Shown piece after piece: positions 57,650 through 64,000 of a stretch of DNA of 64,000 nt. The position numbers and the translations under genes are program-made. The notes beneath the pieces are model-generated. The model was given only the letters and a program-made list of their open reading frames with translations, was not told the DNA's origin and did no database searches. Positions within the stretch are counted from its first letter, which is position 1. Each line of letters begins with the position of its first letter. The stretch comes from Ructibacterium sp. (GTDB lineage Bacteria > Bacillota > Clostridia > Monoglobales > Monoglobaceae): assembly GCA_045542095.1 (NCBI GenBank), contig JAZQKJ010000024.1, positions 11,254 through 75,253 on the forward strand, read 5' to 3'.

Positions 57650-59572
57650 TTACGCCTGTGTTACATTTTTCATATAGCACCGTGCTGAAAGCGGAGGAAT
57701 TGTAAGATTAAAGACACCGTTGCTTTCCCCTATGACATCACCGCTTATAACATCTGTAAGGGTGCTGATTTCAAAGCTTGAGAGGTCAACCTCTGTTGTT
57801 CTTTCCTCAAAGGAGCGGTTAACAAGACAAAAAGCAAAGCTTTCATCACCATTTTCGCCAAATGGGTCAACACCGTTTTTAAAATGTCTTATATATCCAT
57901 ATAAATCTCCGTCTGCTATAACAGGTGTGAAAAATCCATTCTTTAAACACAAGGTAGTGTTCCTGAGATTGCCAAGATACTTGTACCAGTCCCGAAGCTC
58001 TGTGTCTACCATACGCCAGGGATAAGTTCCGCGGTTGTAGGGGTCTTTGCCGCCCTGCATACCCGCCTCGTCACCATAATAAATACAGGGTACGCCGTAA
58101 AAGGTCATCTGCATAAAAGATGCAAGCTGGAGCCGTTTTGTAGCAAGGTCTTCAAGTCCTGAAGACATTTTTTCTGTTTTGCAGTCCTCGCCCATACCAC
58201 CTAAAAGAGATTTTACACGCATGGTATCGTGGGTGCCAAGGATATTCATAAGTGAATAAAGGGTTTGGGCAGGATAGTTCTCTATCTGTGACATTATTCG
58301 TGAATTTAAGGTGTTCCCATCAATTCTATTCATAAGGAATGAAAGAACACTGTCCTTAAAGGGGTAGTTCATAACGCTGTCCAGCTCAAATCCCCAAAGA
58401 TATTCACGGAGCTTGTTATACGCGGTTTTGTTTGAGGCGTCTTCCCATACCTCACCTATTATAACCCCGTCGGGATTTTGGGATTTAACCTCTTTTCGAA
58501 GAATTTTTATAAACTCATCAGGGAGTTCGTCCGCTACATCAAGTCTCCAGCCATACGCCCCGCATTTGAGCCATTTTTTCACAACAGACTCTTTGTCTCT
58601 TAAAATGTAATCAAGATAGCTCTCTTCCATTTCGTTTACGTTGGGGAGATTGTTGCATCCCCACCAGCTATCATAATTGGGGTAATCGGTAAACTGATAC
58701 CAGGAGTGATATGGGGAGTTAATATCCCTATATGCCCCACTGTTTTCCCCGTAGTTGCCATACTTGTTAAAATATACGCTGTCTGCTCCTGTATGACTGA
58801 AAACACCGTCAAGAATTATACGAATTCCCATGCTTTCTGCCTTACTGCATAGATTTTTAAAGTCTTCCTCTGTGCCAAACATGGGGTCTATGGTTTTATA
58901 GTCAGCGGTATCGTATTTATGGTTTGAATATGCATCAAATATTGGGTTAAGGTATAAAACACCAACGCCAAGAGATTTAAGATACGGGAGCTTTTCCTGA
59001 ATTCCTTTCAGGTTTCCACCGTAAAAATCGTTACAGGCAACACCGTCCTCAAAGGGATGCCGGTTAAAGCTTATGGGTTCATACCAGTCATAATGAATGG
59101 TGTATTCCTGACGCTTTTTGGGGATTTCAAAGTTTTTGTGGACTCCGTAAAAGCGGTCGGGGAAAATCTGGTACATGATTGAGCCCCTGAACCATTGGGG
59201 AGTGTTATAGCTTTTATCATAAACAGTTATTTGATAACCATTGGCAGTTTCATAAGGCATTGTCTGCCCAATCCCGCCAAGACCTTGACTGTTGTTGGTA
59301 TAATACAGGGTTTCGGCTTTGGTGTTTACTATAAAATCATACCATATAAGCCTAGGGTCATCACCTGCTTGCAAAGTGGCTCTGTACATTCCCGATACTT
59401 CTTCCATGGGGATACTTTCACTTTCGTGGCTTTTAAACACACGCAAAAAGACCGAGGTAACTGCAGAATCTGCAGTTACCTTCAGGCGTATTTCAACATC
59501 TGTCCCTGTGGGGACCGCCCCAAAGGGATTTCTGTATACTGAATCATGTGAATTGTGAAAAATTTCTGTCAT
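57650..59572 (-). CDS. Glycoside hydrolase family 13 (neopullulanase/amylopullulanase-like)
   Basis: YQIFPDRF, LYLNPIF, NHKYDTADY, ILDGVFSH, GWRLDVADEL, IGEVWED, GTHDT, IYYGDE. Confidence 0.93.
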   Translation of the reverse strand: MTEIFHNSHDSVYRNPFGAVPTGTDVEIRLKVTADSAVTSVFLRVFKSHESESIPMEEVSGMYRATLQAGDDPRLIWYDFIVNTKAETLYYTNNSQGLGGIGQTMPYETANGYQITVYDKSYNTPQWFRGSIMYQIFPDRFYGVHKNFEIPKKRQEYTIHYDWYEPISFNRHPFEDGVACNDFYGGNLKGIQEKLPYLKSLGVGVLYLNPIFDAYSNHKYDTADYKTIDPMFGTEEDFKNLCSKAESMGIRIILDGVFSHTGADSVYFNKYGNYGENSGAYRDINSPYHSWYQFTDYPNYDSWWGCNNLPNVNEMEESYLDYILRDKESVVKKWLKCGAYGWRLDVADELPDEFIKILRKEVKSQNPDGVIIGEVWEDASNKTAYNKLREYLWGFELDSVMNYPFKDSVLSFLMNRIDGNTLNSRIMSQIENYPAQTLYSLMNILGTHDTMRVKSLLGGMGEDCKTEKMSSGLEDLATKRLQLASFMQMTFYGVPCIYYGDEAGMQGGKDPYNRGTYPWRMVDTELRDWYKYLGNLRNTTLCLKNGFFTPVIADGDLYGYIRHFKNGVDPFGENGDESFAFCLVNRSFEERTTEVDLSSFEISTLTDVISGDVIGESNGVFNLTIPPLSARCYMKNVTQA

Positions 59573-59586
59573 AATATTCAGCCTTT

Positions 59587-61701
59587 CTATCTTGATAGAT
59601 AGTTGTAGATCATAATAGCCGCATCAGCTCTGGTAAGGGATTCTGTGGGGTTAAATAACCCGTTGCCGTTTCCAGAAATTATACCAAGTCCCTGTGCAAG
59701 AGCCACAAAGCCCAGCATATCCTCGCTTATTTCGTCCTGATCAGCAAAAGCGGTGGTGTATATTCCTTTAAGCTTTGCAGTTTCCTGATAATTCAGGGCG
59801 GTAACCATAAGCATAACGCCAAATTCACGACTTGCGGTGCTGTCAGGGTCAATGGAGATATCATAGTTTTTGTAATTATTTATCTTCCGTGCTACAATAT
59901 CGCTGAATATTGGTTGAGGAGCACCATAGTCTAAACAACAAAGAAAGGCAATCAACTCCCTTTGAGTAATAAAATCATCAGGGCGGAACGAAGTTTCGTC
60001 TTCTTCAAGAACAATAAGGCGGTTTTCTAAAAGCTTGGTTATTGCAGATTCTCCGTAGTGTCCCGAAATATCTGTCGGATATATTATTTCGTTTTCATTT
60101 GGGTTATATAATTCCCCGTTATAGTTGATAATTTCCCCTGTTTTTGCCTTTATAATACGTGGAGCTGCACCTCCTAATCTATATGTCATGCCGATTATGG
60201 GTTCTGTGGTACTTTCGCCTTGCTGAAAATCGTATGAAAGAACCATTTTTGCAGTGTCAACAAGGATTTCTCCTGCTTTTTCCGGGGAAATCAGTTCGTC
60301 AGGTGTTTCAAAGTCGATTTCGTCGTTCCAGGTTTTATAATAGCTTGTGATATTTCCTGTTACAGGATTTATTGTTATAGAAAATCCGTTATCACCAAAT
60401 GGCACATCGTTCTCAAATCTGCTGAAATAGTAGTTATAGTTATAAACTTTTTCCATATTTACAGGTGGCTCGGAAGTGTTTTTAACTTTTTCTGCAGCTT
60501 TACCACCATACTGCTTTATAAAGCTTTCAGCTGTTTTTAAAGCTGTATCAAAGCTGACTTTATTCCTTTCGTCGGCTTTTCTGTCGGTGTAGCAGTTAAA
60601 GTTAAAGAGTTCGCCTGTCTGGGCATCTAAATACACATAAGCCCTGCCGTAATCGTCAGGATTTGTGTTTTCATAGTATAGACGGGCTCGGTATTGTGCA
60701 GGTTCATCTGTTTTATTTATTCTGTGATAATCCGCAGAGATTAATGTAAGGTCTTTTATGGCTGTGCTTGGCATATTTTCTGCAATGTTGCAAAGCTCTT
60801 TTTCAGGGAGCAGATTTTCAACCTCGTCTATGTTTTTAAGCTCGCTCTCTGTAAGTCGGGGAGCTTCAGGGGCGGCAGCATCTGCGGATTCTTCTGCCAT
60901 AAGGCTGCTTCCTCCTGATGCCGCTTTGTTTGAAGTTTGTCCATAGCGGAAAAAGTCAAATTCCTCTCCTGTGCGGGCATCAATTACAACATCTCCGTGG
61001 GTTGGTGTATATACTAAAACTCCATGGTTATCTATATTTTTATAGCTAAGCTCCATGGGACTTTTTTCATGATATATTTTTTCTGCGGTAGCTTCGTCTA
61101 TCGCTTCGGATGCAGCAGGGATATTGTCGGGGTATGTCCATTTTGAATAAAAGGATAGTACCTCTTTTGTTTGGGTGTTTATTGATACGGTTGCATGGTC
61201 ATTACAGAATGGCAGACCGTTTTCCATTCTTTCAAATACAACGGGAATGGTTGAACTGGTTACACCCTTTGCCCCCTGTACTGTAATGGCATCGTCGGGG
61301 AGGCTCTTTTCCCAGGAAGAATTTACAGAAAAAAGCCATTGTTTTGCAGTGTTTTTAAATTCTTCATCTGTAAATTTTGGAAACTGAAGCTTGTTTGAAT
61401 AGGTTGTGTAGTCACTGCAATCATAGCTGGTGATATCGCCACAGTTGTTTACGTTAATGCTGATTTGTTTTGGTTGGGTATATTCTTCGTCTTTAGTAGC
61501 CCATCGTAAACTGTACGAGGTTTCCCCGTAGTCAGTATATATATTGCTTGAAAATTCGGAGTATTCTACGGGTATTTCGATTTTGCTTTTAGCTGTAAGG
61601 ATTGCGTTTTCCAAATCATGGTCAGCTGATGCAAAAACAGCCCATGGAATAAGTGTGAAAATTAATGTTGCTGCTAAAAATACTGATAATGCTTTTTTCA
61701 T
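59587..61701 (-). CDS. SLH-anchored secreted protein with YcdB/YcdC-like (PepSY-type) repeats
   Basis: Signal peptide; repeated F.R.ENG.PF...I.IN..TG.I..Y units; C-terminal SLH motifs FRPDDFITQRE and FNPTESLTRADAA. Confidence 0.8.
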   Translation of the reverse strand: MKKALSVFLAATLIFTLIPWAVFASADHDLENAILTAKSKIEIPVEYSEFSSNIYTDYGETSYSLRWATKDEEYTQPKQISINVNNCGDITSYDCSDYTTYSNKLQFPKFTDEEFKNTAKQWLFSVNSSWEKSLPDDAITVQGAKGVTSSTIPVVFERMENGLPFCNDHATVSINTQTKEVLSFYSKWTYPDNIPAASEAIDEATAEKIYHEKSPMELSYKNIDNHGVLVYTPTHGDVVIDARTGEEFDFFRYGQTSNKAASGGSSLMAEESADAAAPEAPRLTESELKNIDEVENLLPEKELCNIAENMPSTAIKDLTLISADYHRINKTDEPAQYRARLYYENTNPDDYGRAYVYLDAQTGELFNFNCYTDRKADERNKVSFDTALKTAESFIKQYGGKAAEKVKNTSEPPVNMEKVYNYNYYFSRFENDVPFGDNGFSITINPVTGNITSYYKTWNDEIDFETPDELISPEKAGEILVDTAKMVLSYDFQQGESTTEPIIGMTYRLGGAAPRIIKAKTGEIINYNGELYNPNENEIIYPTDISGHYGESAITKLLENRLIVLEEDETSFRPDDFITQRELIAFLCCLDYGAPQPIFSDIVARKINNYKNYDISIDPDSTASREFGVMLMVTALNYQETAKLKGIYTTAFADQDEISEDMLGFVALAQGLGIISGNGNGLFNPTESLTRADAAIMIYNYLSR

Positions 61702-61716
61702 ATAAATCACTCCTTT

Positions 61717-62628
61717 TTATAGAATATTTATTGTGTTTTTTTCGTTTATTTCGGCTATAATCCCTTCTCTTAAGCCTGTGACACAGAGAATAACAGAGGG
61801 GGCACCAACAAGCTCGCTCAATACCACCGTTGGCAAAATTCCGTTATGGACGGTATCGGCTCTGCCCTTTTCAACTCCTGCCTTATCCATTCGCTCGTCA
61901 GGGGTCATGGCGCATAAACTATCAAAAATTTCTAAAAGACGGGCAGACGTTACAGTATAACCGTGAATTTCCGTTAAATTTTCACAGGGGAAAAGCTTTA
62001 AATCTATGCCGTAGACTGCACAAAGACTGCCACCTATACCAATTATGGGAATATTTAAAATATCCTTTAAGAAGTCGGCTTTTTTAAATTCTGCTTGTAT
62101 AAAGGCTTTGGCTTTTTGAACATCGTTGCCAAACTTTTCGGTAAGGCTCATAGCCCCGAATGAGAAACTGATTTTTCCTTGGATTTTCCGATTTTTAACA
62201 TAGATTATCTCGGTGCTTCCTCCGCCTGTATCGGTAATAAGACAGTCTTTTATATATGGAAGACTGCTCATTACCCCTTTGAAATCAAGGCTTGCCTCTT
62301 TCTCTCCCGAAATTACTTTAAGGTCTATTCCCGTTTGCTCTTTAACGGTTTTACAGAATTCATCACCATTTACTGCCTTGCGGACAGCGGCGGTTGCAAC
62401 GGCAATAGTTTCTGCATGATACTCTTTGATTATATCTGCAAAATCCTTTAAAACTGCTATAGTACGGGAGATAGGAAGTTCTTTTAAGATGTTTTCTTTG
62501 CCCATTCCTTCGCTTAGACGGGTCATGACTCTGTATCTGTTTATATATGTGTAACTGCTGTCATTCTTTAAATCTATAAGATACATTCTGGCAGAATTAG
62601 AGCCTAAATCAATTAGTGCAAGATTCAT
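61717..62628 (-). CDS. Ppx/GppA family exopolyphosphatase
   Basis: IDLGSNSARM, ATAAVRKA.NG, ISGEKEA, DTGGGSTE, GLREG. Start at ATG 62628 after GGAGG. Confidence 0.92.
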   Translation of the reverse strand: MNLALIDLGSNSARMYLIDLKNDSSYTYINRYRVMTRLSEGMGKENILKELPISRTIAVLKDFADIIKEYHAETIAVATAAVRKAVNGDEFCKTVKEQTGIDLKVISGEKEASLDFKGVMSSLPYIKDCLITDTGGGSTEIIYVKNRKIQGKISFSFGAMSLTEKFGNDVQKAKAFIQAEFKKADFLKDILNIPIIGIGGSLCAVYGIDLKLFPCENLTEIHGYTVTSARLLEIFDSLCAMTPDERMDKAGVEKGRADTVHNGILPTVVLSELVGAPSVILCVTGLREGIIAEINEKNTINIL

Positions 62629-62650
62629 TAAATTTCCTCCATAAAGCAAA

Positions 62651-62686
62651 CAACGGTGTGGTTTTCTCGATGAAACCGCACCGTTG
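62651..62686 (-). terminator. Terminator-like hairpin just upstream of the ppx RBS
   Basis: CAACGGTG.GGTTT-8nt-AAACC.CACCGTTG followed by TTTGCTTT on the minus strand. Confidence 0.6.
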
Positions 62687-62783
62687 CATATTGCGAATTT
62701 AAATTCAGAGACATGGAGAACCCTGCCTCCAACAATTATATTTGTACCGGTTGCGGTAGAACGAGTTTGTCTGTCTCTGCTTA

Positions 62784-63055
62784 GGGTGACAGAAGTTATC
62801 CGAACCACGCCTTAAACAGCGTAATTTCGGTGTGTTTCGGCTTGTCATCTTTGCAAGGCGTCAGCCTTGCTTCATCTTCCGCACCAAAATCCTCTCGAAA
62901 TTTCATCAGTTTAAGGTCGAAGAATTTTCAAAGAGGGAATTTTATGCTTATGCAAGGCAAAAACGCAGGTAATCCTGTCGGATTACCGAGTATTTTAACA
63001 TGGCAGAAGCAAAAATTAACCATTGAAAATCGAGGTTCAGATATCTCCTGTCACC

Positions 63056-63056
<1 letters not shown>
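62784..63056. mobile_element. 273-bp MITE with 23-bp terminal inverted repeats and TA flanks
   Basis: Left GGGTGACAGAAGTTATCCGAACC vs reverse complement of right end GGGTGACAGGAGATATCTGAACC (20/23); TA at 62782-83 and 63057-58; no transposase. Confidence 0.8.

Positions 63057-64000
<944 letters not shown>

Overview
Core-genome window from an anaerobic, probably spore-forming Clostridia-class firmicute (inferred from SLH proteins, TagA, Veg, YlmC/YmxH, Fhs, ECF transporter and sigmaA-type promoters). It holds about 65 CDS, including gyrA, ttcA, xth, an MreB-family gene, metY, ppa, the rpmG-secE-nusG-rplKAJL cluster, mnmG, fhs, rho, ecfAAT-truA and partial guaB, plus tRNA-Leu(CAA) and tRNA-Thr(TGT). 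No CRISPR array, integrase, transposase or prophage was seen. The most notable signals: (1) a modular family of GTAG-footed REP-like hairpins with covarying stems, nested insertions, and a TCA/TGA-loop hairpin at the 3' ends of five unrelated genes, supplying stop codons or a shared KRDERDVRS tail; (2) a 273-bp MITE inserted into the TA of the guaB stop codon; (3) a shared C-terminal KxF/YxW..MxP module on two unrelated secreted LRR proteins, a candidate anchoring domain; (4) the function-unknown IscU-like + GGGtGRT operon; (5) a minimal ferredoxin:thioredoxin reductase next to trxA; (6) WalR-type boxes before the mreB-like gene and veg; (7) an orphan DUF4417 gene; (8) an L10 with a long (EEAPA)n tail. 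All product calls come from motif recognition by eye; no database search was run.
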